In this document: positions 1-10,310 of the stretch, in pieces | How positions within the stretch are numbered: the first letter of the stretch is position 1 | Layout: every line of letters starts with the position of its first letter | Source of the DNA: a virus | IMG/VR virus record: IMGVR_UViG_3300021138_002011 | Span: 56,534 to 120,533 of that record | DNA: 64,000 nt | Strand: one strand, 5' to 3' | Position numbers and translations under genes: made by a program | Notes under the pieces: generated by a model | Database searches by the model: none | Told to the model about the DNA's origin: nothing | The model's input: only the letters and a program-made list of their open reading frames with translations

Positions 1-1
1 C

Positions 2-496
2 AACTACTCGGTCATCTGTTTTAGGCCGATTAGTTTGTTTAAAATCAACAATGCTGGGCACACCTTTATACACACCAAGCACGTCGGTAGTTCCTGCATA
101 CAACTCTGGATAGTAAAGATTAACTTCTAGACCCCACACTTCGTCTAGACACGGCCTAAGATAGTTTTCCAATATGACTTCTGCCATTTTAGAACTCTGC
201 TTGTGATAAAAATTTGTACCAGGCTTAGGATTTTCGCCCTTTAGGTATCTTTCTAAAAACGAATGCATAAGTGTGCCTCGAAATGCAGCTTCCTTGGTAA
301 TTTCGTCTGCCTTTTTTTCACCTATGCTGCGTCGCCACGCATCGAGTGCTTTTTTAGACTCTTCTGATTTTGTTTTATCTAAAATAGTTGTAACCGACGG
401 CAGTTTGCTTCCATGTGGGTCTACATACTTGCGACCGTCTTGACCACCGTCTTCTCTAACAAGTGGAGTATACTGGAATTTGTTTGATAGTATCAT
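2..496 (-). CDS. PD-(D/E)XK exonuclease (Cas4/MGME1-like phage exonuclease), runs off the window edge
   Basis: Manual translation from ATG at 496: MILSNKFQY...KLPSVTTIL...W...RGTLMH...YAGTTD...IVDFKQTNRPK. Absent from the ORF track because it has no stop in the window. Confidence 0.85.
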   Translation of the reverse strand, partial: MILSNKFQYTPLVREDGGQDGRKYVDPHGSKLPSVTTILDKTKSEESKKALDAWRRSIGEKKADEITKEAAFRGTLMHSFLERYLKGENPKPGTNFYHKQSSKMAEVILENYLRPCLDEVWGLEVNLYYPELYAGTTDVLGVYKGVPSIVDFKQTNRPKTDDRVV

Positions 497-529
497 GTTT
501 CTAATATTGTTGGTGTACCTGTCGAATAA

Positions 530-1033
530 CTATATTGTTTTCCCTAGTTTGTTAAGCCGTTCATGTTCTAATTTGTGCAAATCTGCAACAGTACCATCTG
601 TAACATACACGCTGCACGCAATCATTTTTTTGTCAATGTCTCCTGTTACTTTTAACAGATTATTGCTTATTAAAATTTTGTTGTTGTACAGGTGCGCCCA
701 GTACCAGCCGCACCTGGCGTTTAGCTCAGTGCTGCCTACCGGAATCCAAAAATCGTCTGTTGAAATTGTATAAATTTTACAAGGCACGTCTAGCCCGCTG
801 TTAGTTGTCTTGCTAACAGCTTCCATTTTATCTGCTATTTTTTCAGCTATGGTAACTTTCTTTTGCTCAGCACCAAACTGATTGATCAAAAGTAGCCCGC
901 GAATTACGTCAGGCTTTTCGTTTAATAGTTTAATCTCATCTTCGGTCATATATACCGATTTTGCAACAAGTTCCTTTATTCTAGGTTTTTTGCTAGCCAG
1001 CAGCAGGGTGTCAGGGCTGTACATGCTTCTCAT
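530..1033 (-). CDS. hypothetical protein
   Basis: 167-aa ORF co-oriented with neighbours; no motif recognised. Confidence 0.6.
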   Translation of the reverse strand: MRSMYSPDTLLLASKKPRIKELVAKSVYMTEDEIKLLNEKPDVIRGLLLINQFGAEQKKVTIAEKIADKMEAVSKTTNSGLDVPCKIYTISTDDFWIPVGSTELNARCGWYWAHLYNNKILISNNLLKVTGDIDKKMIACSVYVTDGTVADLHKLEHERLNKLGKTI

Positions 1034-1043
1034 ATAATATATT

Positions 1044-1727
1044 TCACCATTGTAGAACCCAAGTGAAAGTATTGCCAGTACTGGTGTTGACTATACGATT
1101 GACAATATAACCCATTGATGCAAAATAGTTAATTACAGCGTTCATTTGGGTATTGTACGGAGGCGACAACAACGGATTACTCATATTTGTTCCTTGCCAT
1201 GCACCATAGTAATCTTGACTAGGATAGTATGCGTAAACGTAAAATGTTCCCGAGCCGACAGTAGTTAATGTAATTGCAATTGGTCTTGGTTGAATTGCAT
1301 TAGCATAGCTGGATGCTAGCATAATGGTATTTGTGTCTACGTAGATAACATAGTAGTATGTTGCCTGAGCTAGTGGAGACGGCAAACTGACTGTGCTGCT
1401 AACTGTGACAATATCCCCTGTGTTAAAAGGATGGTTAGTAATAGTCAGCATATTACCCGAAACAGTCCAGGTAAGTGGCGTAAACGGAGTGCTATAAGTC
1501 ATAAGTGTGCCGTTTGACACCTGAGTCTGATACACCCCTTGCCCTATTGCAGCAAACACAGCTTGTTGAAGAGCATTGGTCTCCTTATTAATTGCTTCCT
1601 CTCCAGGCAGCGAACTTCTGGCGTCTATTGCATTATAAAATACCGGACTTGGCGGCGGGGATGGGTTATATGCATAGTTATAGTAAAAACTAGTTTGATA
1701 ATTGGCATTATTAAGCGCGCAAGACAT
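1044..1727 (-). CDS. putative virion structural protein
   Basis: Beta-rich T/S/Y/N composition; NHPFNTGDIV...YYYVIYVDTNTIMLA module typical of tail and baseplate proteins. Confidence 0.55.
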   Translation of the reverse strand: MSCALNNANYQTSFYYNYAYNPSPPPSPVFYNAIDARSSLPGEEAINKETNALQQAVFAAIGQGVYQTQVSNGTLMTYSTPFTPLTWTVSGNMLTITNHPFNTGDIVTVSSTVSLPSPLAQATYYYVIYVDTNTIMLASSYANAIQPRPIAITLTTVGSGTFYVYAYYPSQDYYGAWQGTNMSNPLLSPPYNTQMNAVINYFASMGYIVNRIVNTSTGNTFTWVLQW

Positions 1728-1762
1728 TTTATTCGGTCCTCATAATATGGTTACAATTGTTT

Positions 1763-2128
1763 TTACAACGACAGTTCACCGGATTTCACTGCTTTGTCTG
1801 CTGCTTTTTCTGCAGTCTTATCAATCTTTTGTTGTTCCTTTTCCTCAGCTTTGTCGCTTAAAGGATCGGGAATGGTAGTTTTGAGCTTGATATGCTCAGG
1901 CCCACTTCGTTCTACTACGTCGATAAAAGGTGGTTTTGACAACACATTCATCAAGTTGTCGGCATCAACGTCGTGATCTAAGCTGCGCATATATCTAACC
2001 GCGCCGTTGGGCCCGCTCATAGGAGCCCAAGGACTGTTTTTGTTGCGATACATAACAATGAAATCCATAAGATCATTGTTGATATCTTGTATAACTGCAC
2101 TTTCAAAAAGTATTTCTTTAATTAACAC
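1763..2128 (-). CDS. hypothetical protein (possible head-internal protein)
   Basis: 121-aa ORF, GTG start, N-terminus MLIKEILFES. Confidence 0.65.
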   Translation of the reverse strand: MLIKEILFESAVIQDINNDLMDFIVMYRNKNSPWAPMSGPNGAVRYMRSLDHDVDADNLMNVLSKPPFIDVVERSGPEHIKLKTTIPDPLSDKAEEKEQQKIDKTAEKAADKAVKSGELSL

Positions 2129-2131
2129 GTA

Positions 2132-4897
2132 TCAAGCCTTTAACTTTTTGTTTATAGCAGCGTCAAATGTTTCAGGTTCGACTAAACGAATATTTGAAAT
2201 TTTGATACCATGCAGATCTAACCAATAGCTTCGTGTTGCAGCATTTTCAAACATTTTTTTAGCTTTACGTCCAGATTTTGTTTCGTATATAATGCCATAA
2301 GGTGTTTGATTTTTGACTGTAGTCAAATCTTTGGCTTTGTTAAGCATTTCTATGCTCTTCAACATTCCAATTACACCTTCTTGCATGAGTTGACGCACAA
2401 CGCTGGTTTGCTCGGTTATTTTCTTTTGTGCAGCAATCATTTGTTGACGAATTGCCTCACCTTCTAAGCCATAACCTACATTCAACGGATCAGTTGTTTT
2501 GCCTTCTGCAATCATCTTTTTAAAATTAGTTTTGTGTGCAGCCATGCTATCTGACAGCGCACTAAAAACCTGCTTGGCTTCACTTAATGCTGCAACAGCC
2601 TGGCTATAGCCTTCTTTTTTTGGTCCAAATTCTTTCCATGCTGTAGCATAAAGGACTTTTTCCCAGTTTTTGCCATAGCGTTTTTTAAAAGCAGCCTTTT
2701 GATCACGTATAAACTTTTCGGCGGTTTTACCTGGAGGAGCTACTTCTTCTATAGTATTCTCAACAACTGGAGCATCGCTGTAAATTTTTGTTATGTCTTC
2801 CCACTTCTTATCAGCATCGCTTGGCTTAGCCTTTTGATTTGCCATGTTCTTTTTGTATCCTGGCCATGTTTCAGATACTTGCTGGTCTTTTATCTTTCCC
2901 CACGAGTCTTTTTGTTTTGCACGAATAGCAAAATTCAGTTGTTTAACTGTTTTTTGTTCAGCGGCACTACGTTCTTCTTTTTTCATAAGTTTAGCTTTTT
3001 TAGCTTTTAGTTCAGCTATGGTATAGCCATCCCATTTTCCCATATCTTTCTTAGCAGTGTGCATTTCTGTGCCCCAAGCCTCTTGCATTATTTGCATAGT
3101 AGCACCGCACTCATTGCAACACATCTTGCCGTTAGATGCTTCCATGTATGTACCTACTCCACATTCGTTGCAGGTCATCTTGCCTTCGGATACTGGCTTT
3201 TTAGCCCGGCCTAATGCAGCCTCGGGAGCAACTGGCTCTTCCTCTGTGTTTTTTGGACCTAGTGCAGACATGTCTGCACTTATATCTGTATCATCTGGCG
3301 GAGACTCTGGAGAACCTGCTTGCTCTATATCTGATTTTTCAGCTGGTACGCCTCCACCTTGTAAGGTGGTTATGGCAGCATCAATAGTTTCTTTGGTGTC
3401 AGTTGTTACACTGAGCAAGTTGTCAAGTGCTGCTTTTACAGTATCATTAAAACCCGACGCAGCCTCAACACCAAACTGTGTACGCATGCTGTCAACTAAC
3501 GGCATTAGTTCGTTTACTCCAAGTTTAGCTGTATCTTCGGCCATATCTTGAACTTTGCCTGCCATAGTTTTGGCATTGATTATCAGCGTAGCCTTGGCCA
3601 GCTCTTCGTTATTTGGATCAGCATCTTCTACCAACTGCGATTCGGCTATGGCATTTCTTTTGGCACGGCGTGCTTCAGTAAAATGATCATCTAGTGCATG
3701 TTGTTCAAATTGAACGTAATCCATGTAATGCTTGCTGCTACTGATACATTCACTTGCAGTGGTGAGTTTCATTGCTACCCACCCTTCGAGTTTGTCGCCG
3801 GGCTGAATAAGATTAAACAGCTTTGTGCTATATTCAACTATAAGCATTAGGTTTTCTCTGGCAATACTGCCACTGGTCTCTCCTAATTCTACATCGTTGT
3901 CAATGTCTTCTGGTAACTGATCAGGTTCAAATTTTTTGTAGTAGTCTAGATAATGGTATACTTTATCTAACATGTTTGCAGATTTTGTAAGGCACGCAGC
4001 AATCCATGGTTGAATTTCAGCATTAGGATCAACTTGCTTCAACATGCTCATTGCATATTTTGCATTTCGGTAAAGTTCGCTTCTAGCCATGCTAGCTTGA
4101 TATTCGTAATGATGTGCCTGACTAAATGTTGCGTTTCCCGGCATGACCGGTGTGTCAATTACCTGCGGCTCTAATGTATTGCGTTCGTTTAGTTGCTCGT
4201 GAACGTTGTCCATACCTGGGTTAGCGGTTTTGCTTGGTTTGGCTGTCATTATTGACAGTGTTTCATCTGTGTCAACCGTTGGCAGCGTAGCAACATGTGC
4301 CATTCTTTTTGTTAACAAATTTTGGCCAAATTGTTTGATACCATCATTTATCATGTTAGTAACATTGATTGGACGAGTAAGCCCTTTGATCCACAGCATG
4401 ATATCCTTTTCGTCTGGAGTTAGGTCACTTACTCCAGAGGCAAATGGTGTTCCTTTGCTGGATAACTTATCTGCAATACTAGACAGTGCATTTGAAAATG
4501 CAGTTGCAGCGTGGGTTGTCTGTGGTATTTTAGCTGATATATCTGCTAACTGGGTTGAAATTGTTGGTTTACCTTGCATGGATTCTTCCGTTGTGGATTC
4601 GTTCATCTTTAACTTACGTCTACGTTTTGGCCCAATCTCTGTGAGCATAATTTTCATAGCTTCCAATATCAACATTGCCTTTGTATATTGTGGATTTTGT
4701 TGATATGAATTAAAGCTGCTTTCGGAAACAATCTTGTTTCTAGTTGATTCCCATGCTGACTGGCATTCTTTAATTGCAAATTCTGCTGTTGGGCTGCCAA
4801 GATCTATTTTAATATGGACACCATGAACATCCTTCAGAGTTGCCAGGACTTGTTGCAGTCTTACCTGGGATGTGGATTCAAACTGATTTAGATACAT
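2132..4897 (-). CDS. large modular protein, probable prohead or head-internal protein
   Basis: 921 aa; duplicated helical module (MARSELY..PWIAACLTKS..YLDY and IARENLM..GWVAMKLTTA..YMDY); CNECG x2 zinc ribbon; upstream TAAATA motif. Confidence 0.75.
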   Translation of the reverse strand: MYLNQFESTSQVRLQQVLATLKDVHGVHIKIDLGSPTAEFAIKECQSAWESTRNKIVSESSFNSYQQNPQYTKAMLILEAMKIMLTEIGPKRRRKLKMNESTTEESMQGKPTISTQLADISAKIPQTTHAATAFSNALSSIADKLSSKGTPFASGVSDLTPDEKDIMLWIKGLTRPINVTNMINDGIKQFGQNLLTKRMAHVATLPTVDTDETLSIMTAKPSKTANPGMDNVHEQLNERNTLEPQVIDTPVMPGNATFSQAHHYEYQASMARSELYRNAKYAMSMLKQVDPNAEIQPWIAACLTKSANMLDKVYHYLDYYKKFEPDQLPEDIDNDVELGETSGSIARENLMLIVEYSTKLFNLIQPGDKLEGWVAMKLTTASECISSSKHYMDYVQFEQHALDDHFTEARRAKRNAIAESQLVEDADPNNEELAKATLIINAKTMAGKVQDMAEDTAKLGVNELMPLVDSMRTQFGVEAASGFNDTVKAALDNLLSVTTDTKETIDAAITTLQGGGVPAEKSDIEQAGSPESPPDDTDISADMSALGPKNTEEEPVAPEAALGRAKKPVSEGKMTCNECGVGTYMEASNGKMCCNECGATMQIMQEAWGTEMHTAKKDMGKWDGYTIAELKAKKAKLMKKEERSAAEQKTVKQLNFAIRAKQKDSWGKIKDQQVSETWPGYKKNMANQKAKPSDADKKWEDITKIYSDAPVVENTIEEVAPPGKTAEKFIRDQKAAFKKRYGKNWEKVLYATAWKEFGPKKEGYSQAVAALSEAKQVFSALSDSMAAHKTNFKKMIAEGKTTDPLNVGYGLEGEAIRQQMIAAQKKITEQTSVVRQLMQEGVIGMLKSIEMLNKAKDLTTVKNQTPYGIIYETKSGRKAKKMFENAATRSYWLDLHGIKISNIRLVEPETFDAAINKKLKA

Positions 4898-4966
4898 GTG
4901 ATTAGATCTCCTGGCCGCGCGGGCCTTCCGCTGTTTGGTTATTTATGTCAAACAGCTATAGAGTAA

Positions 4967-5284
4967 CTAGATTGAAAATGAAGTTCCACATCCGCAGGTG
5001 CTAATTGCACTAGGGATATCTACAGTAAAGTAAGATCCGCTGAGATTATTTTTGTAATCTATAACAGCGTCATCTATAATATCGAGACTAACAGGGTCAA
5101 CAACTAATTTACCCACACCCATTTCCAAAATTATGTCATCGTCTGCTATATCGGTTGTTAGATCCCACGATTTTGAAAAACCCTGGCAGCCGCCGCTGTT
5201 AATTGCTAAACGTACTGCACTGCCAGTGGTTTCACATAACGTGTTTATCTGTTTAATAGCAGACTCTGTTACTTTAACGGGCAT
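4967..5284 (-). CDS. iscA: Fe-S cluster assembly accessory protein (IscA/HesB family)
   Basis: VRLAINSGGCQGF and C-terminal CGCGTSF motifs; likely start MPVKVTESA at 5284. Confidence 0.9.
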   Translation of the reverse strand: MPVKVTESAIKQINTLCETTGSAVRLAINSGGCQGFSKSWDLTTDIADDDIILEMGVGKLVVDPVSLDIIDDAVIDYKNNLSGSYFTVDIPSAISTCGCGTSFSI

Positions 5285-5933
5285 TTCCGGCCAACATTTT
5301 AATTGACTTTTTGGCAATCATGCAACGATCCATACTTGCTTGTAATCGACTTTCATAAATGTCTCTTTTTGAAGCATCTTTAACTGTAAGCAGTCGACGT
5401 TTGTATGTAATTGCATCAACCTTGTGGCTTGTATATGTAGTGTCAGCTTCAAATAGTTTTCTTACAGCAATGTCATTTGTAAACTTACCTGAGTTGAGTA
5501 GTCTTATTACAGCAAGCGCAGTTTCATACAAACTTATGTCGTCGGCTATAGTATCATTTGTCAGGCTGTTATAAATGCTGTAAAACTGTTTGCCGGCAAT
5601 ACGAGTTGTATCTTCTTTTATTAAAATTTGATAGCGTCCGACTTTAACACCGTTGGTTAACCGTTCAGTGGTTAATGCTTCTGCAACATCGTTACGCTGG
5701 GTTGATTCAGTTATCATATCGTCTACAACATGATTACTTAGATTGTTCAGTCGAGATAATACAGATGCCATTGCAGTAACATCTGCAGATGTAACTTGTC
5801 CTGGCCCTGCTAACTCAACAGAACTGTATGTTTCTGTAATCTGAGTTGAATTGCGAGAAGGTGGTAGAGGGTTGCCTTCCATAATGCTTTTAAGCCGCTG
5901 CATTGCGTCTCGGTCTTCCTGTGTTACTGCCAT
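5274..5933 (-). CDS. hypothetical protein
   Basis: ORF with GGAG SD before ATG at 5933 (MAVTQED). Confidence 0.7.
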   Translation of the reverse strand: MAVTQEDRDAMQRLKSIMEGNPLPPSRNSTQITETYSSVELAGPGQVTSADVTAMASVLSRLNNLSNHVVDDMITESTQRNDVAEALTTERLTNGVKVGRYQILIKEDTTRIAGKQFYSIYNSLTNDTIADDISLYETALAVIRLLNSGKFTNDIAVRKLFEADTTYTSHKVDAITYKRRLLTVKDASKRDIYESRLQASMDRCMIAKKSIKMLAGNAR

Positions 5934-5934
5934 A

Positions 5935-6165
5935 TTAGCTCTCCCATAGATCCTCAAGATCGTTTACTACAAAACATAGATTACCTTCGTAAACGAGTCT
6001 GGTCAATAAACCTCTTTTTACAAGATTCCTTGCAAGCTCTTGCTCGCGTTCATCTAGTATTGCTTTAGGAAGTGGACCATCATACCCTCTAACTCGTTCT
6101 ACAATAACGTTTTCTTCATTGCTCACAGGTTGTAAAAAGCCACCTCGCACTTCAATAAATTTCAA
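5935..6165 (-). CDS. hypothetical protein
   Basis: 76 aa, TTG start with GGAG SD, tightly packed in the operon. Confidence 0.7.
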   Translation of the reverse strand: MKFIEVRGGFLQPVSNEENVIVERVRGYDGPLPKAILDEREQELARNLVKRGLLTRLVYEGNLCFVVNDLEDLWES

Positions 6166-6178
6166 GTGGTATTCTCCG

Positions 6179-6862
6179 TTACTTGGCTTGAGTCATGCTT
6201 TTAGCAGCAGTCATTAGTGCTGCTCCTAATCCAACTGCCATATTAATTTTGTTTTCAAGATCAGATGTAACCTTGCCGCGTAATGGTTCGACTTGACTTT
6301 CGAGCCCTACCATAATTTGGCCAATAGTTGCAAGACGAGCTGCATCTGGATTGTTGCGATACTCGCCGTTTAAGTTTGCGTTAAATAGTTGCTGAAACAT
6401 GTTTGTAGAGTCTGCTTCTTCTATTTCTTCAGTTTCAACTACAGGTTCTACAATGGTTGGTGTGCCGATTCCAGCAAGCTGCATTATTCTGTTAATTGGA
6501 TTAAGCGGTTGCATACCACCTAACACACCCTCATCAAGACGTTCTAGTCTAGATACTAACACCATTTTTGTACGCCCTTCAAATAGTATGCCAATGGTTC
6601 CGTTTGGTCCTTTTGGTACTGTAACTTCAACTGCATGAGATTCGTAAACAGCGATGTCGCCCTTTTCCCAGGTTATGCATTGTTCGGTATCTACTTCGTT
6701 TATGCGTAATTGGTGTTTGGCCTTACGACTCCAACGATCGTTTTCTGTATTCCATAAAACTAAATCTTCGTTGGTTTGTTCAGCTACTATTTTCATAGGT
6801 TTCATGTCAGTGTCCTCCGTTGTTCCACGCACTTGTGCAATGTAATCTAAAAATGTCTTCAT
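6179..6862 (-). CDS. hypothetical protein (possible head-internal protein)
   Basis: 227 aa; N-terminus MKTFLDYIAQ resembles the T4 capsid-targeting sequence; internal RIMQLAGI motif. Confidence 0.7.
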   Translation of the reverse strand: MKTFLDYIAQVRGTTEDTDMKPMKIVAEQTNEDLVLWNTENDRWSRKAKHQLRINEVDTEQCITWEKGDIAVYESHAVEVTVPKGPNGTIGILFEGRTKMVLVSRLERLDEGVLGGMQPLNPINRIMQLAGIGTPTIVEPVVETEEIEEADSTNMFQQLFNANLNGEYRNNPDAARLATIGQIMVGLESQVEPLRGKVTSDLENKINMAVGLGAALMTAAKSMTQAK

Positions 6863-7017
6863 GATCGGTCCTTGCTTATTGGAAACATTGGTTTTTCAGA
6901 CTGATCGTTGTCGGTAGTCTGCATAAGTTCACGCGCAACATGAATAAGCTTACCATCCTTGCGAAGGATAGCTATTTCTGTTGGTATATTTGATTTGAAA
7001 AAATGATCTAATAACAT
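6859..7017 (-). CDS. small hypothetical protein (52 aa)
   Basis: Manual translation MLLDHFFKSNIPTEIAILRKDGK...; TGA overlaps the ATG of the next gene (ATGA); TAAATA just upstream. Confidence 0.5.
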   Translation of the reverse strand: MLLDHFFKSNIPTEIAILRKDGKLIHVARELMQTTDNDQSEKPMFPISKDRS

Positions 7018-7045
7018 GATTCGATATTTATTACTATATCACAAA

Positions 7046-7069
7046 GAAAGGCGCATTGCTGCGCCTTTC
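7046..7069 (-). terminator. rho-independent terminator
   Basis: 10-bp stem GAAAGGCGCA/TGCGCCTTTC with a 4-nt loop, followed by a U-rich stretch on the minus strand, downstream of 7098..7901. Confidence 0.7.
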
Positions 7070-7097
7070 CTGAATAATATGTGCGTTAAAGGCAATA

Positions 7098-7901
7098 TTA
7101 CGGAGTTGGTAGTGCGTTCTGATTTGGAACGTTTGGTGACCCAGCGTTTGCCAATGTTGCAACATAGGCAACTGTGTTGATGATTGTCTGAGAAGAACCA
7201 TTAACAGTTGCTGGATTAACAATGAACGAGTTTGTGTTAACGTTCACAGTCTGTCCGCTTAGCGATGTTACTGTACCTGTTGTTGTTGACAGGTCAAGAA
7301 CTTCACTTTGTAAGTCAAATACTGGTACGCCAGCTGCTGTAGCACTGTTCAATGCATCTAGGAACTGATAGCCAGTTGTGTTGCTGTCCCAGCTTGCGCT
7401 GTCAACAGTTGATCCACTTACATACCAATAACCAGTGCGCTCAGTGATAAATTTGATGTAATAAACAGTTTGTGAGCTGCCGTAATAGGCACCAAAGTTA
7501 TTGCTGTAGCTGAAGTTTGTGCTAGCGTTTAGCTGTGTAGCAGTTAGGTTGACAGCACTTGGGTTGCTAGATGTAGCATAGTTTACACTAACAGCCACTG
7601 GGTTAACATTCTGGGCAAAAAGCTGAGTTAGAATGTTAAGGTTGGTCTGCTTTGTGTACGCATCTTGGTATTGACCTGCGGTGCTGTATGTTTGCGCAGT
7701 GCCTGTTCCGTCTACAACGGTAATTGGCTGCCAAGTGCTGTAACCTTGCTGTGTATACAGAAGGTTAATTGGGGTGTCGACGTTGGTTTGGAAGCATGGT
7801 ACCAATGTAGCAATGGTGAAAAAGTCCATGCTGCCAGTGAGGAAGTTACCCCCAAGAGCGCCGCCGTTAACCCGGTTGTAAGTGCCTGAATTATAGGCCA
7901 T
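7098..7901 (-). CDS. putative virion structural protein
   Basis: T/S/N/Y-rich with few charged residues; GGAG SD, TAAATA promoter and own terminator. Confidence 0.7.
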   Translation of the reverse strand: MAYNSGTYNRVNGGALGGNFLTGSMDFFTIATLVPCFQTNVDTPINLLYTQQGYSTWQPITVVDGTGTAQTYSTAGQYQDAYTKQTNLNILTQLFAQNVNPVAVSVNYATSSNPSAVNLTATQLNASTNFSYSNNFGAYYGSSQTVYYIKFITERTGYWYVSGSTVDSASWDSNTTGYQFLDALNSATAAGVPVFDLQSEVLDLSTTTGTVTSLSGQTVNVNTNSFIVNPATVNGSSQTIINTVAYVATLANAGSPNVPNQNALPTP

Positions 7902-7964
7902 TGTTTGTTCTCCTTGTTAAGTGCAAACTTTGTTTTGCAGAGTTATTTATGTTAATTTGTATTT

Positions 7965-10310
7965 TTAGCTCTTTTTGCGCTGCTTCTTAGTGATCTTTGA
8001 TTTTTTTGGTGGCAAGGTTCCTGCCGGTCCAAAAAAGCTTTGTCCCGCTGGCATTCTACGTATCATAGGCATAAGTGGCCCACCTGCGCCTGGTAGATTA
8101 GCAACACTGCCAGCAGAAGTGCTGCCGCCGGATGCATATTCAGCAATAAGTATAACTTTTTTGCTGTTATTTTCTTTTATCACCGAGACATATCCAAGTT
8201 CCGACCAACTTACATTGTGCTCTTTTAGCATCTTATCTACCATGTCAAAAGCAGATTCTTCTACTATTTTTGCATTAGGTAACAACGCTAATATTTCATT
8301 TTTCTTGTTATTTGATATTCGTTTATTAGCTGCTAAAGCTGTTTGCACTTGATGAAGACCTGCGTTGGTTAGGCTTTTAGGTTGTATTAGTTGTTTAATT
8401 TTTTCAACATTTCTACCTTTTACAGCGGCTAAAAGTGCGTCTTCGGGGTTGCTAGCAGGAACAGAAGATGACGCAGGTTGTGTTGCTGCCGGTTGTGTTG
8501 CTGCCGGTTGTGTAAACTTAGCCACCTCGTCAGCAGATTTTTTCAATAACGCCATTGCTTTTGTTTTTGCGTCCGGGTCATTGCTTTTTAGTAAAGCTTC
8601 TACCTGTGCTTTTACTTTGGTTAAAATATTGTTAGCACCTTCATTACCTAAATCAACTGAAAGGTTGCTAACAATTGTGTCAACTAAGCTTGTATCGGTG
8701 TCTGGTGGCATCATAGCAGGAGTTTGATCCTCGAGACCAGCGTCTTTAAAAATGGTTGTTATTGCGTTGTTATCAAATCCTTGTGCTGCCAGTATTTTTG
8801 CAATAGCAGCGCTGTCAGTCGGTCTGTTTGCGTTTTCCCATGCTGCACGTAGTTTCTTTTGTGTAACTTGGTTGGTATATTCGCTTGCAACTTGGCCAAG
8901 TTTTGCGGATGCGGTAGTTGCTAGTTTCGTTGCCAATCCTTTTGTTTTATCCCATGCTCCCTTAAAATCTACTTCGTTTAATGCTTCTGTATTTTTTCTT
9001 TCGGTACCTGCAAATCCTGCTGCACCTGCGTTGGCTGCTGCTGCCAGCCCTTGAGATAGGGTTCGCACATGAGATTCAAAATCACTTGCAACTTTCATTA
9101 TGGCACTAGATGCAGCGCTTTCATCCGACAACTCTTTACCAAAAAATGTAGACATAAGGTTTGTCAACACTTTACCGCCTTTTTCAGAACGAGTAAATTG
9201 TTTAACTAACTCTTGTGGATACGGAGTACGATCGGCCAAATTTTGCAAAAGTTTGCTAGCATCATCTAGTTTTCCGTCATTTACCAACTGCTGAGACTTG
9301 TCAATTATATTTTGTATAGCTGCTATTTCTTTAGGTGTTCCTAGGAAGTTTAGGTAAGCTGATTTAACATTGCCTTGACCATCAACAATATTAATTGTTG
9401 TTTGGTAGCTTGAAATGTTTACACCTGGGTCAGCTGCTGTTTGCGTGGTATAGACATTTCTAATCATAGGATCACCAATTAGGTGTTGAAGTTCGTCTAC
9501 TCCCATATGTGCAATAGCACCAACCATTGCACCCCATAATCCTTTGCCGGCGGCTGTGCTGAGTTTCTCGCCTTTTACAAGTTCCATTGCAAATCTCAAA
9601 AAATACCCAATTATAGCCGATTTACTGACTCCTGCTACTGCTAGCATAGGTGCAACTGTTACTCCACCGGTACCTAGGGTCACAGTTGCCAACAGTGTAA
9701 GAACTGAAACAATTCCTGCGCCATACATAGGATGTTTTCTTAACCATGCACCTAGCTCCTTTGTAAGTTTGCTGAGCTCGCTGTCTGGGCCGCCAACTGC
9801 TGCTTCAAGTTTTGCAACGGCCTTATCATACAATGCGTCTATATTTTTAACAGTTTTTGTGTTTTGTAATAGCTCACCTATTTTGTTTTTTATCTTGTTT
9901 TGTAAAACGACTGCTTGAGCAAGTTTTTTACCGCCTACTTTGGCCACATCAACTGCTTTACCAGCTACGTTTTTACCAATATCGGCTGCTTTCCCTACAG
10001 CTGTTCTATTTTTCCCACTAGCATTAGCATGATCTACTGCTTTTCCAAACAGTTGCGAAATTTGGTTAGGCTCCAATTCTGCTTCGGCTACAAATGTTAA
10101 AAATTCGAGCAAGAGAGGTAACGCATCTTGTTCCCATTTACTGAAATATCGTGCTTCATCAATAGAAACACTTTCAAATATTCCCAAATGTGAAAATGGT
10201 ATACTACTAGTAGTGCTTGATAACGTTGCGCGGTTAGATGCTGTTTCAAAAAGAATATTGATTTGTAACTGTGTTAACTTTGTCGAGTCAACTATATCGG
10301 TAATTTTCAT
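7965..10310 (-). CDS. large hypothetical protein (possible ejected or internal protein with hydrophobic segments)
   Basis: 781 aa, Ala/Lys-rich helices, hydrophobic stretch MYGAGIVSVLTLLATVTLG, TQPAA repeats. Confidence 0.75.
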   Translation of the reverse strand: MKITDIVDSTKLTQLQINILFETASNRATLSSTTSSIPFSHLGIFESVSIDEARYFSKWEQDALPLLLEFLTFVAEAELEPNQISQLFGKAVDHANASGKNRTAVGKAADIGKNVAGKAVDVAKVGGKKLAQAVVLQNKIKNKIGELLQNTKTVKNIDALYDKAVAKLEAAVGGPDSELSKLTKELGAWLRKHPMYGAGIVSVLTLLATVTLGTGGVTVAPMLAVAGVSKSAIIGYFLRFAMELVKGEKLSTAAGKGLWGAMVGAIAHMGVDELQHLIGDPMIRNVYTTQTAADPGVNISSYQTTINIVDGQGNVKSAYLNFLGTPKEIAAIQNIIDKSQQLVNDGKLDDASKLLQNLADRTPYPQELVKQFTRSEKGGKVLTNLMSTFFGKELSDESAASSAIMKVASDFESHVRTLSQGLAAAANAGAAGFAGTERKNTEALNEVDFKGAWDKTKGLATKLATTASAKLGQVASEYTNQVTQKKLRAAWENANRPTDSAAIAKILAAQGFDNNAITTIFKDAGLEDQTPAMMPPDTDTSLVDTIVSNLSVDLGNEGANNILTKVKAQVEALLKSNDPDAKTKAMALLKKSADEVAKFTQPAATQPAATQPASSSVPASNPEDALLAAVKGRNVEKIKQLIQPKSLTNAGLHQVQTALAANKRISNNKKNEILALLPNAKIVEESAFDMVDKMLKEHNVSWSELGYVSVIKENNSKKVILIAEYASGGSTSAGSVANLPGAGGPLMPMIRRMPAGQSFFGPAGTLPPKKSKITKKQRKKS
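8473..8512. repeat. 15-bp coding tandem repeat (TQPAA x~3)
   Basis: ggttgtgttgctgcc repeated within 7965..10310. Confidence 0.8.

Noticed and set aside
2699-4703. Plus-strand ORFs antisense to large minus-strand genes (also 7975-10100, 30592-33733, 41927-45720)
   Set aside because: Antisense shadows with no motifs, fully overlapping well-supported genes
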